A stretch of 64,000 nucleotides of DNA. Source: a virus. The notes beneath the pieces were generated by a model. The model was not told the DNA's origin and did no database searches. It saw only the letters and a program-made list of their open reading frames with translations. Numbering within the stretch: position 1 is the first letter of the stretch; the number at the start of each line of letters is the position of its first letter. A program made the translations under genes and the position numbers. The stretch is taken from positions 2,432 to 66,431 of IMG/VR virus record IMGVR_UViG_3300032116_000161, one strand, 5' to 3'. This document shows positions 45,358 through 54,706 of this stretch, piece by piece.

Positions 45358-45581
45358 TACTTACAGATTTCAGTAGTTATTGCCCGTTCATTTGCAACAA
45401 TGTATCGGAGAACACTAGTCCTCATTTTCTTATATTTATTCATTTCCCTATCCGTCTTACATAATGAGATCTTTTTATCAAAGGTCATGTAGACATGTGC
45501 TAGAAGATCATTATACCTAGAAGATCTAGATTTTGAAATAGACTCAAAAGAATTAATAATATCTTGTATTTGTTGATTCAC
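45357..45581 (-). CDS. Hypothetical protein
   Basis: GTGA and TAATG coupling. Confidence 0.7.
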   Translation of the reverse strand: MNQQIQDIINSFESISKSRSSRYNDLLAHVYMTFDKKISLCKTDREMNKYKKMRTSVLRYIVANERAITTEICK

Positions 45582-46876
45582 TTTTTGCTCACTTTGTTAA
45601 ATTTAACGGCAAGATTTTCAAATTGACCTAGTTTATGTCCCGCACCAACTTTATTTGTTCTAGTAGTAAAATCCATTTCTAAAGTAGATCCATCCTTTAA
45701 CACAATATTCCACGACTGTTTTGATGTTCCTGTTGCTGGTTTTGCCACTATACTAGTTACAGATGCCAATGCCTCCACTAAAACATCACTAGATTTATCG
45801 CGTCTTGCAGTTGCTTGCGTTGCTTTAACAACCACAAGAGGAACATCCTGCTGCTGTTGTGCTACTTTTTCCAATATCCATGATTTAGTTTTATTCATAT
45901 CACTGTTTAATAAATTAATCAATTCTTGTTTTATTATTGCCAAATTAGTGTCATATAACTCATCATATTTACTTTTATTTTGAGTTTCAAAAGCATAAGT
46001 TTTCTTCGCCAAAACTGTTTTACCCCAAAATTTTTTATCATCCTCTGTTATTCCTGGTATCTGTAAATATTGAGGCCAAAGTTTATCTTTGAGTTGAGCA
46101 TATTCACTTAGTCTACCATAGTATTCATATATTGGTCTAACATAAGTATTTAATTTTGGTTCAGCAGTATTTTCTCCACCAGCTTTTAAACTTACACCCA
46201 ATAACTTTCCATTTTTAAATTGTAAAAATATATCACCTGGATGATTTGACATTACTCCTGGTGGTTTAGCACGATATCCCCAAATAACATTTGCTATTGG
46301 ATGCTTCTTATTTACTGTTTCAATCCACCTAAGAACATTAATCGCATTTCTAACTTTTTCATCAAACTTTCCAGTTTCCGCTTTTTCAATAAATTCCTTT
46401 CCAGCTTTCGCATCTCTAGGATTTACATAGCATCTCAAATTTGGTTTATTATTTGCTATTATTTTTTCATAAAAATCTTTAGTACTTGTAATTGATCTAG
46501 ATTTTATTCCAGTGATGAAAGCAATACATGGAAATAATTCTGTAATAGAAGCATTCAATGTGGTTTGAGACATTCCACCACGAATTGGTTTATAAACAAA
46601 AGTATGAGTTTCTGTCTTCCCACCAACTCTTATAACACATGTAGTAACCTCCATTGAGGATTCACTTTTTAATTCTCTACTTACAGTTCCAACTTTTCTT
46701 ATCTTAAGTTGTTGCTCTATTATATCCCTAGTAGATACTCTATCTTGAGATTTAACAATATACTTTACAGAATTTGCCGTTGCTGTTTTGACTTTTATAT
46801 CAATACCTTTAACACTCCCAAGAACATCCTGAAGTGCCATATTTAAATCTAATAACTTATTTGTATTAGCAGGCAT
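45578..46876 (-). CDS. Putative PD-(D/E)XK nuclease
   Basis: ITELFP, HPGDIFLQF...GVSLK motif; AT-rich. Confidence 0.6.
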   Translation of the reverse strand: MPANTNKLLDLNMALQDVLGSVKGIDIKVKTATANSVKYIVKSQDRVSTRDIIEQQLKIRKVGTVSRELKSESSMEVTTCVIRVGGKTETHTFVYKPIRGGMSQTTLNASITELFPCIAFITGIKSRSITSTKDFYEKIIANNKPNLRCYVNPRDAKAGKEFIEKAETGKFDEKVRNAINVLRWIETVNKKHPIANVIWGYRAKPPGVMSNHPGDIFLQFKNGKLLGVSLKAGGENTAEPKLNTYVRPIYEYYGRLSEYAQLKDKLWPQYLQIPGITEDDKKFWGKTVLAKKTYAFETQNKSKYDELYDTNLAIIKQELINLLNSDMNKTKSWILEKVAQQQQDVPLVVVKATQATARRDKSSDVLVEALASVTSIVAKPATGTSKQSWNIVLKDGSTLEMDFTTRTNKVGAGHKLGQFENLAVKFNKVSKK

Positions 46877-46892
46877 TTTTATTTTTATTTAG

Positions 46893-46974
46893 TGCTCATG
46901 AGAGGACTTGAACCTCCACAGATAAATCTACTGGAACCTAAACCCAGCGCGTCTACCAATTCCGCCACATGAGC
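46893..46974 (-). tRNA. tRNA-Leu(TAG)
   Basis: GCTCATG/CATGAGC, CTGGG-TTTAGGT-TCCAG, variable arm. Confidence 0.93.
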
Positions 46975-46977
46975 ATA

Positions 46978-47050
46978 TGGAGAATAGCGGACTCGAACCG
47001 CTGACATCCTGCTTGCAAAGCAGGCGCTCTACCAACTGAGCTAATTCCCC
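46978..47050 (-). tRNA. tRNA-Ala(TGC)
   Basis: GGGGAAT/ATTCTCC with G3:U70, CCTGC-TTTGCAA-GCAGG. Confidence 0.95.
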
Positions 47051-47066
47051 AAAAAACCCGAAAGGG

Positions 47067-47246
47067 TTAAGCACCAAGAACGGCACCAATATTATCATCA
47101 AGATCTTGAATGACTGAACGAATATCAATGATTCGTTCAGGAGTATATTCAAGACCATATCCCTTTTGTGCCTCAAACAGAACTTGACGAACTGCTGCTG
47201 CGGCACGAACATCCATTTTAACTGTTACTTTTTTATCTTTGGTCAT
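47067..47246 (-). CDS. 59-aa hypothetical protein
   Basis: MTKDKKVTVKMDVRAAAAVRQVLF...; manual translation, ATGA coupling. Confidence 0.7.
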   Translation of the reverse strand: MTKDKKVTVKMDVRAAAAVRQVLFEAQKGYGLEYTPERIIDIRSVIQDLDDNIGAVLGA

Positions 47247-47659
47247 CGGTCATCAGCAGCACGGTTTTCGGAGAAGTAAACATCAAAAGCACCTTCAGGA
47301 TAACGCTTTAGAAGTTTTTGTACATTTTTAGCAACCACATCATCAAGAGTGACATCAAGTGCCATACATGCCTGGGCAACATACCACATAATATCACCCA
47401 GTTCAATAATCATGTGTTCACGATTATCTTCATTGAATGGTTTACCTTGAAAGATCATCTTCTTAACAATCTCCATAAATTCACCACCTTCGGCATTGAT
47501 ACCAACGGCAGCAGTCAGAAGACGCTCAATATTAGCACCCTTCTCATCAAGTGCGACAAGACGATCAGAAAGAGAAAGAAAGTCTTTGGACGCATCAGAA
47601 GTCACAGCGTCCACAAACTCTGCGTACTTATCAAAATCAACATGCTTTGCGGTTTCCAT
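47243..47659 (-). CDS. mazG: MazG nucleotide pyrophosphohydrolase
   Basis: AEGGEFMEIVKK, ELGDIMWY, N..KL..RYP. Confidence 0.92.
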   Translation of the reverse strand: METAKHVDFDKYAEFVDAVTSDASKDFLSLSDRLVALDEKGANIERLLTAAVGINAEGGEFMEIVKKMIFQGKPFNEDNREHMIIELGDIMWYVAQACMALDVTLDDVVAKNVQKLLKRYPEGAFDVYFSENRAADDR

Positions 47660-49038
47660 TAAAATTTAAATCCTTCAAACGACTTTTTAGGTTTCTTGTC
47701 TTCGTAATCATTATACTCGTCTTCTTGTCCAGAGTCAAGTATGTCCTTTTGAGCGGACTGTTCACAATCATACAGTCTCATCTTTGCTCTGTCAATACCC
47801 ACAATAAAACGCTTGTAGATAGTTGGATCATTGTAGCGATTCTTCAATTGCTTCACCATGAGTTGTCCAAGACCTTCCAACTCTTCGGTGGAAATAAGGG
47901 CAAACATAAGATCAGCAGTAGCAGGAAGACCAAATGATTCACTCGTATCAGTCAGTTCAACATCGCTATTACCATAACCAGAGCGAGTGGTCTGGGTGGC
48001 AGAAACGATAGGAACATTTGCTTCCACTGCCAATCCACGAAGTTCTTCGGCAATTGCCTTAATATAAGAATATGAGTTGACAGAAAGGTTTGTCTTATAA
48101 CGGGAAGAAGCACAGATATTCAAATAATCAATAAAGATAATATCTGGGCGGAAGGACTTCTTAAGTGACAACTCATTGAGAAGTGCCTTGAAGTGTCCAC
48201 TGTGTGCCGAAGCAGTAGGATATTCTTTAATAATTAGAGTTCCTTGTGTCTTTTTGGAGAGTTTTGTAACCTTGTTTTCAAAGGTTGTCTTTGGCAGATC
48301 TGTCAAATCTTGGATGTTGACATTGAGAAGGTTTGCATCAATACGTTCAGCAATTTTCTCCTCTGCCATCTCCATTGTAACATAAAGCACATTGTGTCCG
48401 TTAAGGAGACAGGCGCTAGCCATATGACACATGAAAAGAGACTTACCGACACCTGTCCCAGCAAGAGCGATGTTAAGAGTCTTATTAGGAAGACCACCTT
48501 TCGTAATCTTGTTGAAATACTCAAGGTCAAACGGGATACGATCCTCTTTTCTGTGATAGGACTCATAGCGTGCCTCATAATCATTCAGGTAATCGTGTCC
48601 AATATGATTATCAAAGGACACTGCCAGTGCGTCAGAAAGAATAGAAGGAATGGCATCCCTATTCTTTTTTTCATTATTGCCGTCAGCAATATTGATAGAC
48701 TCCATAAGTGCCAAATAAATGGCACGGTCACGACACCACTTTTCTGTAGTGTCAAGTAACCACTGCTTCTCAACTGGAAAATCAGTGAGAGAAGAACTAA
48801 TCTCTCTCACTTCCTTGACTTCACTTTCAGTTAGATCGGTCCTATTCTCTAGTTCAATCTGAAGTGCTTCGGTTGTAATTGCCGAACCATACTTTACAAT
48901 AAAGTGAACGATCTCCTGGAAAACAACTTTTTCCGACCTTTGATCAAAATAATCTGGTTGAATGAAAGGAATTACCTTTCTAGAATATTCTTCATTAAAT
49001 ACAAGGTTTCTTAAAATAGTTGTCTCAATTCGTTCCAT
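47659..49038 (-). CDS. Replicative DNA helicase (T4 gp41-like)
   Basis: AGTGVGKS, FIDYLN, SESFGLPATAD, KQLKNRY. Confidence 0.96.
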   Translation of the reverse strand: MERIETTILRNLVFNEEYSRKVIPFIQPDYFDQRSEKVVFQEIVHFIVKYGSAITTEALQIELENRTDLTESEVKEVREISSSLTDFPVEKQWLLDTTEKWCRDRAIYLALMESINIADGNNEKKNRDAIPSILSDALAVSFDNHIGHDYLNDYEARYESYHRKEDRIPFDLEYFNKITKGGLPNKTLNIALAGTGVGKSLFMCHMASACLLNGHNVLYVTMEMAEEKIAERIDANLLNVNIQDLTDLPKTTFENKVTKLSKKTQGTLIIKEYPTASAHSGHFKALLNELSLKKSFRPDIIFIDYLNICASSRYKTNLSVNSYSYIKAIAEELRGLAVEANVPIVSATQTTRSGYGNSDVELTDTSESFGLPATADLMFALISTEELEGLGQLMVKQLKNRYNDPTIYKRFIVGIDRAKMRLYDCEQSAQKDILDSGQEDEYNDYEDKKPKKSFEGFKF

Positions 49039-50032
49039 AAGAGAATTCTTGTTTCGCGGCAGCATCAAGTTGCTGCATTACTTCTTCGGTAAAATACTGA
49101 TCAGGATTTTTTAAGATTTCCTTCCCGTAAATTTTCTTACCATTGATCTCATAACGCCCCGCAGTATTCTTCCAGAGTCCAGCGAGTTCCCCGAGTTCCA
49201 GAAGACCATAATAGCGATCAAGACCACGCTCATCATAAAATAGACGGACATTGACTTCTTGGTTCTCCTTACTTAAACGCGATTTAGCAGTCTTAGCCTT
49301 GATAATGTTTCCGATGACTTCAGTTCCATCTTTCTCTTTTTTCTTTGAGAGATAGATGATAGTAGAAGCGGCATACTTAAGACCAGAACCACCGCCCATT
49401 TCTTTTGTAGGGACATAAGCACCGATAACATCATAAGTGTGGTTGGTCACGATCATTGGAATGTTTGCCTGTCCCAACTTGAGAGTGAGCATACGGAAAG
49501 CACCTTTAACAAGTTGTGATTTAGTCATGTCACGAACTTGTTTGTCGTTAAGTGCGTCAGTGATCTCTTTCTCTGTGGAAAGCATACCCAGAGAGTCTAG
49601 CACAAACATACAGGGTTTGCGTTCATCTACTGGTTTTTTTAAGTAAATATCTACTGCCTTGAGTGCCTTACTACGAAACTCTTCAATAGTAACAACATTA
49701 ACCACAACAAGTCTTGATAGATCAATTCCTCTAGATTCTAGGAGTGACTTATTAATAGCGGCTTCAGTATCAAAATAGAGACAATAACCATCGGGATTGG
49801 TATCAAGAAAATTCTTAACAACGGCGAGTGAGAAGAAAGTCTTTCCAGTACTAGACTCTCCAGCAATAGCAGTAATCTTATTGCCAGATACACCGCCAAA
49901 TATGCTACCTGAAACCAGTGCATTAAAAATGTACGAACCTGTATCCACATACTTTTCAGTCTCATCAATATCAGCAGCAAGTTGTGTATACTCGCCACCA
50001 ACTTCTTTTACAATTTCTTTTAGAAAGTCCAT
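49025..50032 (-). CDS. uvsX: RecA-like recombinase
   Basis: AGESSTGKT, DSLGML, MGGGSG. Confidence 0.95.
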   Translation of the reverse strand: MDFLKEIVKEVGGEYTQLAADIDETEKYVDTGSYIFNALVSGSIFGGVSGNKITAIAGESSTGKTFFSLAVVKNFLDTNPDGYCLYFDTEAAINKSLLESRGIDLSRLVVVNVVTIEEFRSKALKAVDIYLKKPVDERKPCMFVLDSLGMLSTEKEITDALNDKQVRDMTKSQLVKGAFRMLTLKLGQANIPMIVTNHTYDVIGAYVPTKEMGGGSGLKYAASTIIYLSKKKEKDGTEVIGNIIKAKTAKSRLSKENQEVNVRLFYDERGLDRYYGLLELGELAGLWKNTAGRYEINGKKIYGKEILKNPDQYFTEEVMQQLDAAAKQEFSYGTN

Positions 50033-50196
50033 CAAGCTACCATCCCGTATTGTTCACGAAGAATTTTTTTATATGGAAGTCCCTGTTCACGAAGTTCCTT
50101 CACCAGTTTAAGTTTTTGATAAAGAGCAGTATCACCACCAAGAGACATGGCGTTGATAATAGTTGAAAGCTCATTATCGTTAATAGGAAGATCCAT
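50032..50196 (-). CDS. 54-aa hypothetical protein (MDLPINDNEL...)
   Basis: Manual translation; coupled on both sides. Confidence 0.7.
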   Translation of the reverse strand: MDLPINDNELSTIINAMSLGGDTALYQKLKLVKELREQGLPYKKILREQYGMVA

Positions 50197-52697
50197 TAGG
50201 CAAAAAATAATTCAAGGTTTACAGTTTTTTCTACATTCCACCCAATCACATCAAGGATTGATTTGAGTGGATCAATAAAACTCTTTTCAAATTGTAGTTC
50301 ATAGTCAATGTATTTGTCAAGGTTAAGTTCCTTTGGAAAATCCTGAATAAAGGAGATCACATTTTCCTGAATTATATTTGGTTTTTTTAAGAAAATAAAT
50401 TTGACTTTTTCACCATTACTAATAAGAGAATATTTATTGGTAAGTTTATTCTCCTTTATATAATGATTGAACAGAAGTGCTCCACGAATATGAATGGGAG
50501 TTTTCTGGGCATAGATGCTAGACGATGACGCATATTTACGAACATCAGAAGCAGTTCTTGGAAAGGCAATAGATTCTGGAGGAAGTGCTTTAAATTGCTG
50601 ACGACATTTATCAATGAAGTTAATCACATCTTCTTCAGTTCCGTTCATCATTAACTTAAGTCCATCCTTAATCATCTGACGACAAGGAGCAGGAGTTGAA
50701 GATTTAATTGCTTCAATGCCCATGATCTTGAGTTTGGGTTCTTCATAGCGAACACCCTCACTATCCCAGACATTCAAAATGTAACGCTTCTTGGCAGTCC
50801 AGATTCCACGCTCGGCAATATTCTCACGCTTCATCTGCATCTTTTGGTCATAAGCATTTACATAGGTCGCCAGTTCTTCATAGCAATTTTCAATATACTT
50901 TTCAAATTCCACCTTACAGACCTTATCAAGGAACGAAACAATGCTTTCAGTAGTTTTCTCTCTTCCTTTGTATACAGTTTCAACCAGAGGACCCATATTA
51001 AGATAAATGGAATCAGTATCTGAAGCAATAACATAATCAACTCCATCAGTTTTAAGAATCTTGTTTAGATAAGCATTCATCTTGTTCTCAATCCAACGAA
51101 TGGAAACCTGACCAGACAAGGTGATTGCTTCTGCGTTTGCTAGTTTGTAATAGCGGAAATACTGATTACCAATGGCACCATAAGCAGAGTTAAGTTGAAT
51201 CTTTCGTGCCATCTGAATATTATTACATCTGGCAATCTCTTTAACCAATTCTTTGTTCTTTGTTTTTTCATACTCCTGTTTGGCAGCAAGCATTTTCTTC
51301 TTATAGATGGTGCGATCTTCATAAATCTTTTCCATCAGTTCTGGGAGAAATCCACGCACATCTTTACGAAACATTGCTCCATTAGCACAGACTGCTTTGT
51401 CCTTATACAACTCAAAGGTAAGATCCTGATTGAGAATCTTATCCACAGTTACAGTTGGGTGCTTCTCATCCAGAAGAGTTTCTGGTGAGATATTATACTG
51501 CATGATCAGGTGAGGATATAGAGAATTAAGGTCAAAAGACACAACCCAATCGTACATTCCAGGAATTGGTTCCTTAACATAGGCACCCGCATACTTGGAA
51601 TCTTTATCGGATTTCTCTTTGGGAGGAATCACGATATTCCTTCTCTTTAGGTAGTTGTAGATAATTGTATCCCACATCCGAACCTGATAGAATACATCTT
51701 CAAAGTTTACCTTTGCATCATATGCCATCGTAAGAGCAAGTTCAATCAGTTTCATCTTGTCTTCCAGTCGGTCAACAAGTTCTACGTCTTTGATGTTGTA
51801 CTCTACAAACTTCTGCCAACCTTTAGTATAGAAGTCCTTGAAAGTATCAAACTCGGAGTGATCAAGTTTTTTCTGCCCGAGTTCAACATTCGCAATATGA
51901 TCCAGACGATAAGATTCTTGGTTCGTATAAGTAAATTTCTTATAAAGATCAAGATAGTCTAACTGTGAGATACCACCAATATCATATGAAATATACTTAC
52001 GACCAGAAATATATGTTTCCTCTTCGGTGACAAGACCCCAAGGAGACATACGCTTCATCAATTTTTCTCCCAGAACACGATCTAGGCGACGAACGATGTA
52101 AGGGATATCGTACAGTTTACTATTCCAACCAGTAATGACTTCTGGAGTGTTTTCTTCAATCATCCACCAATTGATGAAGTCATTAAGAAGATCATACTCA
52201 TTATTAAATTGTTTATAATAAACATTTCCTTGATTGAGTTTAAAGGGACCCTTTCCCCAAGTAATAATTTCTTTCGTAGAATAATCCTGAATTGTAATCA
52301 AAAGAATTTCTTCGGCAGCGGATTCAACATCAGGAAATCCATTCTCTGACGCAACCTCAATATCAAGAGTTGTCAGTTTGATTTTGTTAATATCAAACTT
52401 CATCTCTTCTTCAGGATAAGTTTCTGAAATATACTGATAGATGAACCTTTCATTTCCGTAGATTTTAAATCCCTCTACTCCATCATATTTTTTAATAAAC
52501 TCACGACAGTCACGAACTGATCCAGGTTTAACTGCTTCTACATAGTCCCCATTCAAAGTTTTGTAATTAGTCTTTTTATTTGCATTGACAAAAAGAGTCG
52601 GGTTAAACTTCTCACGGGTTGCGAAATGGCGACCATTTTCGTAACCACGGACCAAGAAGTGGTCCCCGACCATTTGGACGTTTGTATAGAATTTCAT
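50196..52697 (-). CDS. Family B DNA polymerase (T4 gp43-like)
   Basis: DIEV exonuclease motif, SFDLNSLYP, KIQLNSAYG, SDTDS. Confidence 0.97.
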   Translation of the reverse strand: MKFYTNVQMVGDHFLVRGYENGRHFATREKFNPTLFVNANKKTNYKTLNGDYVEAVKPGSVRDCREFIKKYDGVEGFKIYGNERFIYQYISETYPEEEMKFDINKIKLTTLDIEVASENGFPDVESAAEEILLITIQDYSTKEIITWGKGPFKLNQGNVYYKQFNNEYDLLNDFINWWMIEENTPEVITGWNSKLYDIPYIVRRLDRVLGEKLMKRMSPWGLVTEEETYISGRKYISYDIGGISQLDYLDLYKKFTYTNQESYRLDHIANVELGQKKLDHSEFDTFKDFYTKGWQKFVEYNIKDVELVDRLEDKMKLIELALTMAYDAKVNFEDVFYQVRMWDTIIYNYLKRRNIVIPPKEKSDKDSKYAGAYVKEPIPGMYDWVVSFDLNSLYPHLIMQYNISPETLLDEKHPTVTVDKILNQDLTFELYKDKAVCANGAMFRKDVRGFLPELMEKIYEDRTIYKKKMLAAKQEYEKTKNKELVKEIARCNNIQMARKIQLNSAYGAIGNQYFRYYKLANAEAITLSGQVSIRWIENKMNAYLNKILKTDGVDYVIASDTDSIYLNMGPLVETVYKGREKTTESIVSFLDKVCKVEFEKYIENCYEELATYVNAYDQKMQMKRENIAERGIWTAKKRYILNVWDSEGVRYEEPKLKIMGIEAIKSSTPAPCRQMIKDGLKLMMNGTEEDVINFIDKCRQQFKALPPESIAFPRTASDVRKYASSSSIYAQKTPIHIRGALLFNHYIKENKLTNKYSLISNGEKVKFIFLKKPNIIQENVISFIQDFPKELNLDKYIDYELQFEKSFIDPLKSILDVIGWNVEKTVNLELFFA

Positions 52698-52960
52698 CAG
52701 GCAATCATTTCAAAATATTTGGAGAGTAACTCTGCTGTTGGATCAACCAATGTAAGTATACTATCAGAATGAATCATAAATTCTTCCTGTGAACTAAATG
52801 TAATCCATGGTTCTAAAGTAAAGCTGTCCACCTGTTCAATAAGTTTAAAAGGTCTGATAAGTTTACAATCTGGTTCACCAAGTTCAGAACCAACTTCTAT
52901 AATTTCAGATATTAATACAACATCATTCTTCAACAGAAGACACTTGATCGTTTGATCCAT
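52697..52960 (-). CDS. Small Sm-like-fold hypothetical protein
   Basis: IKCLLLKN..VLISEI, PWI.FS; related to upstream ORF. Confidence 0.7.
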   Translation of the reverse strand: MDQTIKCLLLKNDVVLISEIIEVGSELGEPDCKLIRPFKLIEQVDSFTLEPWITFSSQEEFMIHSDSILTLVDPTAELLSKYFEMIA

Positions 52961-53249
52961 TAACTTTCTCCAAATACATTTCCTTAACACTATCTAGGGG
53001 TTCAACAAGTGTTACAACATAACTTGTTGGAACTGCGATTTCTTTATCTGCCGAAAGCATCATCCATTGTGAAAAAGTAATCTCATAAGATCTTTCATTG
53101 TCCTCCTCTGAAAGAAGAAATGGTTTGTTGATTGTTACTTTTTGAGGATTTGTGAAAAGATAGGCTACTGGTTTATTGTCAGAAATTACCTCTTTAACAT
53201 CTGTAATTACCTGATCTCCAGACTTTAATAAAATTACTTTGATTGACAT
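52923..53249 (-). CDS. Small Sm-like-fold hypothetical protein
   Basis: IKVILLKSGDQVITDV, WM.LS, VVTLVEP. Confidence 0.75.
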   Translation of the reverse strand: MSIKVILLKSGDQVITDVKEVISDNKPVAYLFTNPQKVTINKPFLLSEEDNERSYEITFSQWMMLSADKEIAVPTSYVVTLVEPLDSVKEMYLEKVNGSNDQVSSVEE

Positions 53250-53270
53250 TTTTAATCGGTCCCTCCGATC

Positions 53271-53323
53271 ATTATAGCAAGAAAAAAAGGAGGAGTCAAC
53301 CTGGATTTTGCCAGGTGCTCCTC
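53271..53323 (-). promoter_or_regulatory. Terminator fused to sigma70 promoter upstream of the polymerase operon
   Basis: GAGGAG...CTCCTC plus T7; TTGACT-17nt-TATAAT. Confidence 0.75.
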
Positions 53324-53346
53324 GCGCCGACGATATTCAATTCTAT

Positions 53347-53781
53347 TTAGAGATAGTCCTTACGCTTGTGATGCTCTGGGACAATTCTACCCAAAGTAAC
53401 TGTTAAAAGCCCATCCTCAAAATCAACTGATCGTACTTCCGTGTCGTCAGAGAGCGTCCATGCTCGTGTAAATGACCGTTGAGCCAGACCCTTGTGGAGA
53501 TAATTGGTTTCCGTTTCTTTATCCTCTTTCTGACCTTCAATAAAAAGTTTACCATCTTGCGTGTAGACATAAACCTCCTTTTTCTTAAATCCAGCAAGTG
53601 CTAATTCTAGTTTAGATTCAACATTATTTACCTGAACTAGATTATAAGGAGGATAATTTGATGTAGTTTCGTGAAGATGGAATAGGCGATCAAAATACTC
53701 GTCCATGTTAATACTATTGCGAGTAATCTTTTCCATCAAAGCAGGAAGATCTGCAGCAGTATACCTTGTAAGGTTAGTCAT
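53347..53781 (-). CDS. hsp20: Small heat-shock protein
   Basis: NYPPYN, LALAGF, YLHKGLAQRSF, FEDGLL. Confidence 0.95.
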   Translation of the reverse strand: MTNLTRYTAADLPALMEKITRNSINMDEYFDRLFHLHETTSNYPPYNLVQVNNVESKLELALAGFKKKEVYVYTQDGKLFIEGQKEDKETETNYLHKGLAQRSFTRAWTLSDDTEVRSVDFEDGLLTVTLGRIVPEHHKRKDYL

Positions 53782-53888
53782 TATGGTAGCTCCTTTAAAA
53801 GCGAGTTTGTGTTTTGTGGACCCTTACGGCATCCATTACTAATTATACAAGAAAGCATAAAAAAGGGAGTGTTGAACTCCCTACAAAA

Positions 53889-54329
53889 TCATTCGGTTTC
53901 TTCCACTTTTTTCTTTTTAGAACCAATATTGTATTTGGTTTCCAGAATCCAATCACCTTTGTCCTTATAAGCAAGAACTTTGATTTGATTCAGGGGAGCG
54001 ATGTCCTGTATTTTAGTTACATCTACAATCGTAATCAGACCCCAATCAGCAAGAAGTTGGGCAATACGATTACGACGCTGAACATCATTCACTGTCAGAT
54101 TAGCGTGCTTACCATCAAGGGCAAACAATTCCTTAAAGTGAACCAGATAATATCTGCCTTGCTTATGAAGAATATGGCAAGACTGATAGATTTTCTTTTC
54201 CTTCCGTGATGCGACTCCAATACGGGTCAAAGTTTCACGCACTTTCAAAAAGTCATCAGGTTCGTTAAGAACCACTTCCACCATTTGATCGGGCGTCCAC
54301 TTCACTTCAGGTTCTTGAACGACACTCAT
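53889..54329 (-). CDS. regA: Translational repressor RegA
   Basis: DFLKVRETLTRIG, QSCHILHKQG.YY.VHFKE. Confidence 0.95.
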   Translation of the reverse strand: MSVVQEPEVKWTPDQMVEVVLNEPDDFLKVRETLTRIGVASRKEKKIYQSCHILHKQGRYYLVHFKELFALDGKHANLTVNDVQRRNRIAQLLADWGLITIVDVTKIQDIAPLNQIKVLAYKDKGDWILETKYNIGSKKKKVEETE

Positions 54330-54706
54330 TTCTTTCCTCCAGTTTCAAATTTCGATTTAATAAAAGTAAGTTGTTCTTCTGTAAGAATCCTCAAAGCTTG
54401 TTTTGCCTTTTCATTACTATAACCATAGTAACGCTTAACATAATCAAGATCTTTGATTGTATCTTTGCGGAGCCAGGGAGAAAATCTCTTCTTTTTCCTC
54501 AGACTATTTAGCATAAAGTCATATTGTAGTTTCTTGGCGAGGAAATGATACTGGTTCATTTCATTTGCAAATAGCACCGAATCTAAATGTCCAGAGAAAC
54601 AACGATTAATAATATAAGGAGGATATTCCTTCTCAAGTGAAGGATCTTCGTCAATCAGGTTCTCTTTCGTCTGATTGATACTGTTCAACCAATCCTTCAA
54701 TTCCAT
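54326..54706 (-). CDS. Clamp loader small subunit (T4 gp62-like)
   Basis: YPPYIINR, ANEMN, YYGYS.EKA; start reassigned to MELKDW. Confidence 0.92.
   Translation of the reverse strand: MELKDWLNSINQTKENLIDEDPSLEKEYPPYIINRCFSGHLDSVLFANEMNQYHFLAKKLQYDFMLNSLRKKKRFSPWLRKDTIKDLDYVKRYYGYSNEKAKQALRILTEEQLTFIKSKFETGGKK

Noticed and set aside
46928-47212. 94-aa ORF in the track
   Set aside because: Overlaps tRNA-Ala/Leu and the real 59-aa ORF in another frame
35848-52697. Introns or inteins in nrdA, nrdB, gp41 or gp43
   Set aside because: ORFs are continuous and of normal length, with no splicing motifs
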